Origin: an uncultured Candidatus Saccharibacteria bacterium
GTDB lineage: Bacteria; Patescibacteriota; Minisyncoccia; HO2-45-28
DNA: 64,000 nucleotides
Direction: 5' to 3'
Assembly (NCBI GenBank): GCA_964574495.1
Contig: CAZNNT010000001.1
Location: forward strand, 5,194-69,193
Shown in pieces: positions 45,702 through 54,807 of this stretch. The stretch's first letter is position 1. The number at the start of each line of letters is the position of its first letter. The translations under genes and the position numbers were made by a program. The notes below the pieces were generated by a model that saw only the letters and a program-made list of their open reading frames with translations, did no database searches and was not told the DNA's origin.

Positions 45702-47228
45702 ATGGCAAAGGCCTGTATTTTATTACAACGTAGGTTTGCTTATGTCGGCCACGCTATCGCCGTTATGCTTCAAGAAAAATACGGCGTTCGGGATTTTTGC
45801 GGCTATGTATATTTAAGAGACAGTTTGAATTTTTTAAAAACGCAAAAAGACATAAACTACTCTGAATTGATTTTAGACGAGGATATACATAACCAATATA
45901 AAAGCGAGCCGCTTGACCCCGATTATTTGCGTTTGCTTGAAAAAAAATACGGCATACCGAATCTTTGGCCCTATATAGAAATAGACCGGGTGGCGCGTCA
46001 CGGACAACTGGTAAGAGAATACCCGTATGATTCCCCCAAATATTCCCACGAAGAAATGATGAAAATAGTGCAGGTAAAAGCCAGGTCTATGATTGATTTT
46101 TTAGAAAGGCAAAAACCTGATTTTATAATTTTTTCGGTGGTCGGCGACATCGCGACTATGCTTATGTACCATGTGGCCAAAAAAATGGGCATAAAAACCC
46201 TACTTATACAAACCGCGCGCGTGGGAAACAGATATTCGCTCACCCAAAACTACGAAGATTTAAATTACATCAATGACGCTTTTTTAACCCTTCAAAAAAA
46301 TGCCGTAAGCACTTCGGAAGAAATAAAAATGGCGGAGAAATTTTTAGAGGACTTCAGATCCAAACCCCGCCCCCACTCTCCGACCGATTTGCCCAAATAT
46401 CGGCCGATCGGCAGAAGGAAGCAATTTAAATTCTTGCGGCCGGAAAATATTGTTCAATCCATCAAATGGAATTTTAAAATAGTTTACGACTACCTCAAAA
46501 ATCCGCATAAAGACGATTTCAACGCGATAAAACCGTGGCATCATTTCATTGACAGAATTAAAAGAAAATTCAGGGTGCTCGTCGGTTTTAACGATTTATA
46601 CGACGCCCCCGATTTAAACGAGGAGTTCGCCTTCTTTCCTCTGCACCTTGAGCCGGAAATGTCTATTTCGCTTTTTGCCCCCTTCTACACCGACCAGCTC
46701 TGGCTGACAAAACAAATCGCGCGCTCGCTACCGATAACCCATAAACTATATATCAAAGAACATCCGGCAATGTTCGGCTATAGGACGCGAAATTTCTATA
46801 AAGAATTAAAAAAGATACCGAATGTCAAACTTATAGACCCGTCTTTAGAAAGCTTTCCGTTAACCAAAAACGCGAAACTTATAATCACCATCAACGGCAC
46901 TGCCGGCTGGGAGGGTATTTTATTGAAAAAACCAGTAATAACTTTCGGCAATGTGTTTTACAACGCCCTGCCAATGGTGAAAAAATGCGTTTCCATCAGC
47001 GATTTACCTTATATAGTCAAGGAACAGCTTGAAAATTTTCATCATGACGACCCGGCGCTTATAAATCTTATCGCCGCGATTTTCAGAGAAAGCTTTGATT
47101 TGGATTTAGTTCAAATTTGGGACATTGAAGGAGGAGCCAACCAGCAAAAAAAACAAGAAGAGGTGGCGCCTCTCGTTGATTATCTGGCAAAGAAACTAAA
47201 TTTAACTCCCGAATCGGCGCGTTTATAA
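45702..47228 (+). CDS. Capsule_synth-family protein (KpsS/KpsC-like retaining ulosonic-acid transferase fold)
   Basis: FFPLHLEPE matches the conserved F-P-L-Q-V-E-x-D motif of KpsS/KpsC (PF05159). LYIKEHPAM resembles the family's K-x-HP motif. The start abuts the YfhO stop. Confidence 0.5.
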   Translation: MAKACILLQRRFAYVGHAIAVMLQEKYGVRDFCGYVYLRDSLNFLKTQKDINYSELILDEDIHNQYKSEPLDPDYLRLLEKKYGIPNLWPYIEIDRVARHGQLVREYPYDSPKYSHEEMMKIVQVKARSMIDFLERQKPDFIIFSVVGDIATMLMYHVAKKMGIKTLLIQTARVGNRYSLTQNYEDLNYINDAFLTLQKNAVSTSEEIKMAEKFLEDFRSKPRPHSPTDLPKYRPIGRRKQFKFLRPENIVQSIKWNFKIVYDYLKNPHKDDFNAIKPWHHFIDRIKRKFRVLVGFNDLYDAPDLNEEFAFFPLHLEPEMSISLFAPFYTDQLWLTKQIARSLPITHKLYIKEHPAMFGYRTRNFYKELKKIPNVKLIDPSLESFPLTKNAKLIITINGTAGWEGILLKKPVITFGNVFYNALPMVKKCVSISDLPYIVKEQLENFHHDDPALINLIAAIFRESFDLDLVQIWDIEGGANQQKKQEEVAPLVDYLAKKLNLTPESARL

Positions 47229-47232
47229 CTAT

Positions 47233-47991
47233 ATGGAACGGGAATATCCGGATTTAACGCAAAAAATATCAGGCATACAAGGATGCGTCTCAACAAAAGA
47301 AGCCGTATTTCTTTATGAAGCGGCAAGAAATTGCGGAAATGGCGTAATAGTGGAACTCGGCTCGTGGAAGGGCAAATCAACAATCTGCCTCGGGCTTGGT
47401 TCAAAAAACGGACGGGGCGTCAAGGTCTACGCCGTTGACCCGCATAGCGGGAGTCCGGACCAAAAGGGATTTGAAAAAGAAAACACATTTGAAGAATTCA
47501 AGAAAAATATTAAAAACGCGGGGCTTGAGAATATAGTTGAACCGATTGTTTCCACCTCTTTTGAAGCCGCAAAAACATGGGACAAGCTGGCGGGCCTTAT
47601 ATTCGTGGACGCGAATTATCACGACTATGAAAACACAAAAAAAGATTTTTTCCAGTGGTCAAAATATTTAATTGACGGCGGCATCTACGCGCTCCATAAC
47701 ACCGTGCCGTCGGTTTCCGGAATCTTGGAAGGAATTCCGCTTCACGGATGCGAAGCGCCCCGCAAATTTATGAATGATTTTATTTTTGGCTCTAAAAATT
47801 TCAAAGTGTTGAAAATCCAAGGCACGATAACCGCGATACAAAAATTAGAAAAATTGTCGCTTTTAGACAAAATAAAAAATAGGGCCGCCGAAATCAAAAG
47901 CGCCCTATCTTACTCAAACCATAAAATCTATTTAGCCCTAGCTTCCCTGCCGCCATCAATAAAAAAACCAATAAAGACCCTCTTCAACTAG
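47233..47991 (+). CDS. Class I SAM-dependent methyltransferase (Methyltransf_24-like, sugar/macrolide O-methyltransferase type)
   Basis: VIVELGSWKGKST (motif I) and VDANYHDYENT (acidic motif) resemble TylF/MycF-like glycan O-MTases. 252 aa. Confidence 0.6.
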   Translation: MEREYPDLTQKISGIQGCVSTKEAVFLYEAARNCGNGVIVELGSWKGKSTICLGLGSKNGRGVKVYAVDPHSGSPDQKGFEKENTFEEFKKNIKNAGLENIVEPIVSTSFEAAKTWDKLAGLIFVDANYHDYENTKKDFFQWSKYLIDGGIYALHNTVPSVSGILEGIPLHGCEAPRKFMNDFIFGSKNFKVLKIQGTITAIQKLEKLSLLDKIKNRAAEIKSALSYSNHKIYLALASLPPSIKKPIKTLFN

Positions 47992-48415
47992 GAATCGGTG
48001 GGAGCGAAATTTTTTCATGTGGGTCACTCGAAGGATACGCGTCAATGGCCCCCGGAGCCGATTTTACTATTGGACGATCGCCGAAATCCCTATCCCAATC
48101 CGCACACGCTCTTGCGTGAGCCATTAATGCCCGGGGAAGTGTCTGCTGGTAGCGACGTTTTATACCTCTAAATGCCGATAAGGCTTTCTGTCTCGTTTCA
48201 TAAAACCGAATCTGTTCGGTTCTTGTCCGATAAACAACAGCATCTTTAACCCCCCTTGGCGTCGCAACACAATCATCCGGATACATCCTTGAAAACGGCC
48301 ACTCCAATTTCAATAATTTTGTTGTTTTATTATAAGATAAAACCCTGGCAACTATAGCGTACTCCTTGTGTTCGTGCTGCATCAAAACGAAGCGCTTTCT
48401 TTCTCTACTCGTCAT
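47984..48415 (-). CDS. Hypothetical protein (143 aa); appears GC-rich; next to the RAYT element
   Basis: Strong SD GGGGGAAGGAGGTTTCAGC before the ATG at 48415. Basic, no recognised motif. Composition looks distinct from its neighbours. Confidence 0.45.
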   Translation of the reverse strand: MTSRERKRFVLMQHEHKEYAIVARVLSYNKTTKLLKLEWPFSRMYPDDCVATPRGVKDAVVYRTRTEQIRFYETRQKALSAFRGIKRRYQQTLPRALMAHARACADWDRDFGDRPIVKSAPGAIDAYPSSDPHEKISLPPIPS

Positions 48416-48530
48416 GCTGAAACCTCCTTCCCCCTCGGGTTAACTACCTCCTCACTGATTTCAAGGAGCCTAAATCGCAACCTAGCACATTTTAATAATT
48501 ATGTAAAGTAAAGCCCATCAACCCATCATA

Positions 48531-49321
48531 CACAAGTCTGACTTGTGGTTTACCAATCTTCTAAAAGAAACTGCGCTACGTCTTCTCTCTTTTCCGCGTG
48601 CGATATCAACATGTCGCGCGCGGCTTGTTTGAAATCGGCGTCTGGCAAACCAAGATCTGCGAATACTTTTGCGTCAATAATTGGCGACAATTTACCAAAT
48701 GCCGCTGTTTGAAAACTGGAAAATGAGTAAGTTTTCGCCCATTCCCATGCTTTGTTAAATTCTTTGACAGCTTTTGCGAAACCGCCGGGATAAAGCTCAA
48801 ATACGTTTTTCACAACAATATAAGCCAGAATATAGTTTAGATCTGCGTCATCATGTATAGTACGACTTTTATAGGAACCCTGAAAAATGCTTCCTTTTTC
48901 ATTGTATTTTTCATTAAAAGACAGGGTCATGCTCCCGCATAAACGTTGTAAAAACTTAGAAATTCCTCCCTCATGAATTTCGTAAAGCAACAAATGAAAA
49001 TGATTTGGCATTAGTGTCCACGCCAATACCGCCGCCAGAGGATCACGCTCTGGCCAATGTTCCGACCGCGAAAAAAGTGGCAAATCTTGTTCATCTTTTG
49101 TCCAATTGCGATTTTGAAAATCATCATTAAGAAGATAAAGCGTTTTGACATAACGCCAATGATCGGCTTTATCGCGTACAATTTCCATTCCGCGCGCACC
49201 GCGTTTTACAACATGCACAACCGAACCAACCGAAAATGGTTCTACTCTCATATTTACATATGTAACATTATTCTATACATACACAAGTCAGACTTGTGGT
49301 GGTCCACAAGTCTGACTTGTG
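48531..49321 (-). mobile_element. REP/RAYT-type unit: HUH Y1 transposase gene flanked by 17-bp palindromic REP-like sequences (one downstream, an inverted pair upstream)
   Basis: CACAAGTCTGACTTGTG at 48531-48547, CACAAGTCAGACTTGTG at 49282-49298 and CACAAGTCTGACTTGTG at 49305-49321 bracket ORF 48550..49251. A fourth, diverged copy lies at 31723. Confidence 0.65.
48550..49251 (-). CDS. HUH-motif Y1 transposase-like protein (REP-associated tyrosine transposase/IS200-TnpA-like)
   Basis: LMPNHFHLLL is an HUH motif (H-hydrophobic-H in a hydrophobic strand). The downstream tyrosine-rich segment DADLNYILAYIVVKN resembles the Y1 catalytic-Tyr helix. 233 aa. The gene appears AT-rich and is flanked by palindromes. 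Confidence 0.55.
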   Translation of the reverse strand: MRVEPFSVGSVVHVVKRGARGMEIVRDKADHWRYVKTLYLLNDDFQNRNWTKDEQDLPLFSRSEHWPERDPLAAVLAWTLMPNHFHLLLYEIHEGGISKFLQRLCGSMTLSFNEKYNEKGSIFQGSYKSRTIHDDADLNYILAYIVVKNVFELYPGGFAKAVKEFNKAWEWAKTYSFSSFQTAAFGKLSPIIDAKVFADLGLPDADFKQAARDMLISHAEKREDVAQFLLEDW

Positions 49322-50502
49322 GGAAGATTTAAAAGCTTTTCGTTAATTCTTAAAATCTGCTTGCGGTAATTATGGTCGTCATCCGCAAGGCGCAAATAGC
49401 AATTACGCGACAACTCGCTCCTTAATTCGTGATTTGAGCCGAGTTCTTCAATACGGCGGGCGAAACTTTCGTCATCATTGTCTTTGAAATATACCGCGCT
49501 TTTTTGCGACACCCATTCAAGTCCTCCTCCCCCCGGAAGAATTGACGGCAGGCCGAAAGTCATTGCTTCAAGTAAAGAAATGGAAGTCATATCTCCTCGC
49601 CATTTCGGCTGAATAAAAATATCGGCATTTTTATAAAAATCGTAGACCTTTTCTTTTTCCACCCATCCGGGCATAAAAACATATTTCTCTAAATCCAAAT
49701 CGCGAACCATCTTTTTTAATTTTTCTTCCTCGGGTCCGGTTCCACCCAGAATCAGTTTAAAATCACTTTTATTCTTCACTTTGGAAAACGCCGACAAAAG
49801 CAGTTCAAACCCTTTTCCGGGAACCATCCGGCCCGAGTAAAATAAATTTATAACGCCGCCTTTTTTATTTCTCTCTTGATATGAATTTTCAGCGATATTT
49901 AAATCGCGCATCATTTTTTTATAATCGAAACAATCGCCCACAATCAAACTTTTGTCTTTTGTTTTCAAACCAAAATCGGAATAGGCCTTTTTTAAAAACG
50001 GGTTGGTAAAAGTCATTAAATCCAGACCATCCGCAAACGGCATGCCGATATATTTTTCGATAATCCACCGGAGTTTCTTTTTTAAAACGCGCAAATACGC
50101 ACCCTTTTCCATTTTAAATTCCGAAAAAGCGGATGTATTTTGAGGCCATGAGAGCAGTTCGCGGTTAAAGCAGGCCACAACCGGAACTCTGCCTCCGAAT
50201 TTACGATAAACGGAGCCCGCGTAAAAATACTGGCCGTCTATGTAAAAAATATCGGCTTCGCCCGAATAAGCCCTTAAAACCTTAAAAACGCCCTTCTGAA
50301 TGCCAAAAAGCCGCCTTGACTTTATGTCTTTTTCAATCGTATTATAAGGTAAGTTGGAATAATGATTCGCGCCTGAAAAAACAGTGATGACATTAACGTC
50401 GGAGCCCAAATCCAGAAAAGCCCGCGCCCTTAAATCAAGATCGGCCACCGAGCCGCCGGCGCGCTCAAAATTGAGCTTTGAGGTAACAAAATAAATTTTC
50501 AT
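49288..50502 (-). CDS. Family 1 (GT4-type) glycosyltransferase
   Basis: C-terminal GT-B domain with the ExFGxxxxEAM-like motif (SISLLEAMTFGLPSI). 404 aa. The last ~11 codons are encoded by the REP pair. Confidence 0.8.
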   Translation of the reverse strand: MKIYFVTSKLNFERAGGSVADLDLRARAFLDLGSDVNVITVFSGANHYSNLPYNTIEKDIKSRRLFGIQKGVFKVLRAYSGEADIFYIDGQYFYAGSVYRKFGGRVPVVACFNRELLSWPQNTSAFSEFKMEKGAYLRVLKKKLRWIIEKYIGMPFADGLDLMTFTNPFLKKAYSDFGLKTKDKSLIVGDCFDYKKMMRDLNIAENSYQERNKKGGVINLFYSGRMVPGKGFELLLSAFSKVKNKSDFKLILGGTGPEEEKLKKMVRDLDLEKYVFMPGWVEKEKVYDFYKNADIFIQPKWRGDMTSISLLEAMTFGLPSILPGGGGLEWVSQKSAVYFKDNDDESFARRIEELGSNHELRSELSRNCYLRLADDDHNYRKQILRINEKLLNLPTSQTCGPPQV

Positions 50503-50541
50503 AGTTTAATTATTTATAATATTTAATGTTTAATAAATCAA

Positions 50542-51807
50542 ATGGGAGGTTTTAAAAATAAAAAACCGAATATCGGCCCGATCACGGAATGCCAGATCTG
50601 CTCCGCGAGAAACCTGAAAACAATCCTTTCATTGGGGCACCAGGCGCGCGTCCACGGCCACCTTACGCCAAAAACGAATAATGAACCGGAAACAAAATAT
50701 CCGCTGGACTTGAATTACTGCCCTAAATGCCATCTTATCCAGCTCGGTTACGCCATTGACCCGAAAGTGGTTTTCTTTCCCGACTACCCCTACCATAGCG
50801 GAACAACAAATATGCTTGTGAAAAATTTCCGGTCCCTGGCGGAAATGACCGTAAAAAAATACGATCTAAATTCAAAGGATTTGGTGATTGACATCGGTTC
50901 AAATGACGGAACCCTGCTTCAGGGGTTTAAAGAAAAAGGCGTCAGGGTCTTGGGAATTGAACCGACCAATGTCGCGAAATTCGCGAGGCGAGCCGGCATA
51001 CCGACCATTCAGGAATTTTTTAGTGAAAAAGTCGCCAAAAAAATAGCGCGTCGGTACGGTAGGGCGAAAATAATTGCGGCAGCGAATGTTTTCGCGCACA
51101 TAAACCACCTCCGTGATTTTATGAGGGGCGTTTCAGCGCTCTTGGAAAAAGACGGGGTTTTTATCACGGAGTCGCAATACATCACGGACATAATCAAAAA
51201 ACTTGAAGTGGACACCATTTATGACGAACATTTAAGATACTACACGCTAAAGCCCATGCAAAAACTTTTTTCTCTTTCAGGATTTAGTTTGGTGGATGCC
51301 GAAAGAATATCCGCCGCCGGAGGATCCATCAGGGTATACGCCATGAAAGGAGAAAAACAGGCAAGTTCTCGGGTAAATAAAATCATAGCCCAGGAAAAAA
51401 GAGCGGGCGTTTATAATTTTAAAACCCTTCAAAAATTCGGGCAAAAAACAGTACAGGCAAAATACGGCCTTTTGGAATTGCTGATTAAGTGTAAAAAAGA
51501 AGGCGCGCGTATAGCGGGATTGGGGGCGCCGGGACGATCCAATACCCTGCTCGGCTTTAATAAAATAGACCATCACATTCTGGATTATCTTTGCGAAAAA
51601 AATACTTCTCCGAAAATCGGGCTTTTTGCTCCCGGCACTCACCTGCCGATAGTTGATGAAAAAAAACTCATAGAAGAGCAGCCCGAATACGCCCTTGTCC
51701 TTTCATGGCATATCGGAAAAGAACTTATGAAAAAAACCCGACTGGCCGGCTATAAAGGAAAATTTATAATGCCCCTGCCCAAGCCCCGCATAGTTAAAAC
51801 CATATAG
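50542..51807 (+). CDS. NDP-hexose C-methyltransferase-like (TylCIII/EvaC-type; Zn-ribbon + class I MTase + C-MT C-terminal domain)
   Basis: N-terminal CQIC...CPKC zinc ribbon (Methyltransf_13-type), MTase motif I VIDIGSNDGTL, and a C-terminal ~150-aa domain as in C-methyltransferases. 421 aa. Confidence 0.7.
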   Translation: MGGFKNKKPNIGPITECQICSARNLKTILSLGHQARVHGHLTPKTNNEPETKYPLDLNYCPKCHLIQLGYAIDPKVVFFPDYPYHSGTTNMLVKNFRSLAEMTVKKYDLNSKDLVIDIGSNDGTLLQGFKEKGVRVLGIEPTNVAKFARRAGIPTIQEFFSEKVAKKIARRYGRAKIIAAANVFAHINHLRDFMRGVSALLEKDGVFITESQYITDIIKKLEVDTIYDEHLRYYTLKPMQKLFSLSGFSLVDAERISAAGGSIRVYAMKGEKQASSRVNKIIAQEKRAGVYNFKTLQKFGQKTVQAKYGLLELLIKCKKEGARIAGLGAPGRSNTLLGFNKIDHHILDYLCEKNTSPKIGLFAPGTHLPIVDEKKLIEEQPEYALVLSWHIGKELMKKTRLAGYKGKFIMPLPKPRIVKTI

Positions 51808-51808
51808 T

Positions 51809-52921
51809 ATGTCTGAAAATAAAAAAATTCCGTGGTGGGAACCGCAAATAGGCGAAGAAGATATACGCAGAGTTACCGAAGTTCTTAAAAGCAATTTTAT
51901 TAACGAGGGCAAAGTTACGGCTGAATTTGAAAAGGCCGTATCCGAGACACTCGGATGCAAATACGCGGTTGCCGTCCCAAGCTGCACTATGGGCCTTTTT
52001 GCCGCCTTAAAAGCGGCGGGAATCGGGCAGGGAGACGAAGTTATAATTCCCGACCTGACTTGGATAGCCACCGCTAACGCCGCCCAGCTCGCGGGCGCTA
52101 CGCCAGTTTTTGCCGATATTAACCCCGAAAATCTGACATTAGACCCGAAAGCCGCGGAGAAAGCCATTACAAAGCGCACCCGGGCCATTATGCCGGTTCA
52201 CGTTACCGGGCGCGCTTCCGATATGGAAGCGTTTATGGCTCTGGCTTCGCGTTATAATCTCGCGGTCATTGAAGACGCCGCGGAGGCCTTTTTTTCAAAA
52301 CACAAGGGAAAATACTTGGGAACATGGGGAACGGCCGGCGCTTTTTCGCTTCATCCCTATAAACTCATAACTTCGGGGCAGGGAGGATTCGTCACAACCA
52401 ATGACGACGAAATTTATTTTCGCTTAAAAATGCTCAAAAATCAGGGGAAAACCGAAGCGGGCACCGGAGGCGATGATGTTTTTGAATCCATCGGCTACAA
52501 TTTGAAATTTACGAATGTCCAAGCGGCCATCGCGTTAGCGCAGCTTGAACATTTAAATTTCCGCGCGGACCGCATCAGAAGGACCAGAAAATTATATTTG
52601 GAGAACCTGGCTCCGGGAACCGTTAATCTTTTTCCTTTTGATATTGAAGGCGGAGAACTCCCTTTATGGATTGACGGCTGGACCTTAAAGCGGGACGGCC
52701 TGCACGATTATCTGCACGCCAATAATATCGTCTGTCGGAAATTCTGGCATCCCGTACATCGCCAAAAAATTTATAAAGCCGGATCTGATTCTGATTTTCC
52801 GCAAAGCACCCGTATGGCTTACCAGTCAATTTGGCTGCCGTCCGCCTTCACAATGTCCGATGAAGATGTTATAACGGTTTGCAGGCGCATTAACGATTTT
52901 TTCGCAAAAAATCATGGATAA
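51809..52921 (+). CDS. DegT/DnrJ-family PLP-dependent sugar aminotransferase (perosamine-synthetase-like)
   Basis: EFEKAVSETLGCKYAVAVPSCTMGLFAAL is a DegT N-terminal domain. Starts 2 nt after the C-MT gene. Confidence 0.85.
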   Translation: MSENKKIPWWEPQIGEEDIRRVTEVLKSNFINEGKVTAEFEKAVSETLGCKYAVAVPSCTMGLFAALKAAGIGQGDEVIIPDLTWIATANAAQLAGATPVFADINPENLTLDPKAAEKAITKRTRAIMPVHVTGRASDMEAFMALASRYNLAVIEDAAEAFFSKHKGKYLGTWGTAGAFSLHPYKLITSGQGGFVTTNDDEIYFRLKMLKNQGKTEAGTGGDDVFESIGYNLKFTNVQAAIALAQLEHLNFRADRIRRTRKLYLENLAPGTVNLFPFDIEGGELPLWIDGWTLKRDGLHDYLHANNIVCRKFWHPVHRQKIYKAGSDSDFPQSTRMAYQSIWLPSAFTMSDEDVITVCRRINDFFAKNHG

Positions 52922-53918
52922 TAAAAAACGCGTGGCATTTATCACCGGCATTACGGGACAAGACGGCTCTTACTTGGCCGAATTTTTGCTTACTAAAGGA
53001 TACATAGTGCACGGCTTGGTCAGGCGCACTTCGCTTTTTAACCGTTCGCGCATTGAACACTTTTTTAATTACCCCCATAACACCGATGTGTTTCTCCACT
53101 ACGGGGATATGACCGATTCGGTTTCTTTAACCAACATTCTGGCCGAAGTGCGGCCAGACGAAATTTACAATCTGGCCGCCCAATCGCACGTCCGCATATC
53201 GTTTGACACGCCCCTTTACACGGCGCACACAACCGGCATCGGGGTCTTAAACCTGCTGGAAGCCGTGAGGGCCCTGGGGCTTAAGTCCAGAATCTATCAG
53301 GCCTCAACTTCGGAACTTTTTTCAGGAGACCCTTCTGAAGCGCCGCAAAACGAACTGACGCCCTTCAGGCCAAAAAGCCCCTACGGAGTCGCCAAACTTT
53401 ATGGATACGAAATAGCGCGGATTTATCGCGAATCATACGGCATGTTTGTCTCAAACGGCATTCTTTTTAACCATGAGTCGGAGCGCAGGGGCGAATCGTT
53501 TGTAACCAGAAAAATAACTTTGGGCATACGCGACATACTTTCCGGAAAAGAAAAATTCATACTTCTCGGAAATCTGGACGCTTGCCGGGACTGGGGCTAC
53601 GCGCCGGAATACATACAAAGCATGTGGCTGATGCTCCAGCAGCCGAAGCCGGACGATTTTGTGATTGCCACCGGCGAGACGCATTCAGTCCGGGAATTTT
53701 TAAACGAGTGCTGTAAACTTGCGGGGCTCGATCCGGAACGCATAGTAAAAATTGATCCGGCGTTTATGAGACCGAATGAAGTCAGCCACCTTTGCGGCGA
53801 CTACTCCAAAGCCAAACGCGTTCTCGGTTGGGAGCCGAAAACAAAGTTCAAAGACGTGGTAAAAATTATGCTAAAAGCCGAGCTGAAAAATACCGACTTC
53901 CCCGCCATTACGCGGTAA
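52914..53918 (+). CDS. gmd: GDP-mannose 4,6-dehydratase
   Basis: ITGITGQDGSYLAEFLL, ASTSE and YGVAKLY (catalytic YxxxK), plus the full-length Gmd pattern (NHESERRGESFVTRKIT). 334 aa. 8-nt overlap with the upstream gene. Confidence 0.9.
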   Translation: MDNKKRVAFITGITGQDGSYLAEFLLTKGYIVHGLVRRTSLFNRSRIEHFFNYPHNTDVFLHYGDMTDSVSLTNILAEVRPDEIYNLAAQSHVRISFDTPLYTAHTTGIGVLNLLEAVRALGLKSRIYQASTSELFSGDPSEAPQNELTPFRPKSPYGVAKLYGYEIARIYRESYGMFVSNGILFNHESERRGESFVTRKITLGIRDILSGKEKFILLGNLDACRDWGYAPEYIQSMWLMLQQPKPDDFVIATGETHSVREFLNECCKLAGLDPERIVKIDPAFMRPNEVSHLCGDYSKAKRVLGWEPKTKFKDVVKIMLKAELKNTDFPAITR

Positions 53919-53928
53919 CGCCAAATCC

Positions 53929-54807
53929 TTATCTAAATATTTTCAATTCGTTAAGCGCCGAGCGATAATTTTTCACGGCCACCCCCAACCGCTTCAAGTC
54001 GGCGGCGGTATCAAACGTTTTCAGTTTTTTAAGGCCGAGCGTATTTTCGGAAGTTATCGGAAGGCGTATTCCCAGCGCCTCCATAAACCGCAAAATAAAA
54101 TAAACAAAAGAAACGGGGAGGGGAATAAAAAATATTTTTTTATTCATCCTTTTCGCTATCTCAATATAAAGTTCTTTCATGGAAATTATTTCCGGGTTTG
54201 CCGCCATGAATTTACCGCTGATATTCTTATTTATCCCCAATTCTATAATTCGGCATAAATCATCCGCGGCGATTACCTGTATTTGCTGCTTTCCTCCCCC
54301 CACAAGCGGAATTATTCTTGCCTTTTTCAATATAGAGACAATTTTTCCGAATACGCCTCCGTCTCTGCCTAAAACAAGACCCGGTTTTAACACAAGGTCT
54401 TTTTGGAGGTCAAACAAGCTTTCCATTGCCAATTTTTGCCGCCCGTAATTTGACTCCGCTTCTGGATGGGCGGACAAGGTTGAAAGAAATATGATTTTTA
54501 TCCCGTATTTCCTGCATATAGCTATGATTTTTTTCGTGCCTTCCATATTGACATTGGATCCGCGATTTTTGCCGATTAAAATCTGATAGGCGCAGTGCAC
54601 CAAATAATCGGCGCCGCGGAATTGCTCGTCTTTTATGTCGGAAAGCTCAAAATGAAAATACGACACAAGAGGATTATTGCCGGCGCCGGCTTTTCTTTGA
54701 AATGCCCGGATATTAAAACCCAGTCCCGCAAAATAGGCGACTAAATTGGAGCCGATAAAGCCGCTGCTTCCGGTTATTATAATGGTTGGTTTTTTATCCA
54801 TGGCCAA
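53929..54807 (-). CDS. NAD(P)-dependent epimerase/dehydratase-family protein (atypical short extended SDR)
   Basis: TGSSGFIGSNLV Rossmann motif and SNYGRQKLAME (YxxxK). 292 aa. Confidence 0.65.
   Translation of the reverse strand: MAMDKKPTIIITGSSGFIGSNLVAYFAGLGFNIRAFQRKAGAGNNPLVSYFHFELSDIKDEQFRGADYLVHCAYQILIGKNRGSNVNMEGTKKIIAICRKYGIKIIFLSTLSAHPEAESNYGRQKLAMESLFDLQKDLVLKPGLVLGRDGGVFGKIVSILKKARIIPLVGGGKQQIQVIAADDLCRIIELGINKNISGKFMAANPEIISMKELYIEIAKRMNKKIFFIPLPVSFVYFILRFMEALGIRLPITSENTLGLKKLKTFDTAADLKRLGVAVKNYRSALNELKIFR

Noticed and set aside
47992-48530. Possibility that this apparently GC-rich segment is a structured ncRNA (RNase P, tmRNA or group II intron domain) rather than coding
   Set aside because: No RNase P (AGGAAAGTCC), tmRNA tag or tRNA-like end, or group II domain V signatures were found. 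The segment carries a long ORF with a strong SD instead.
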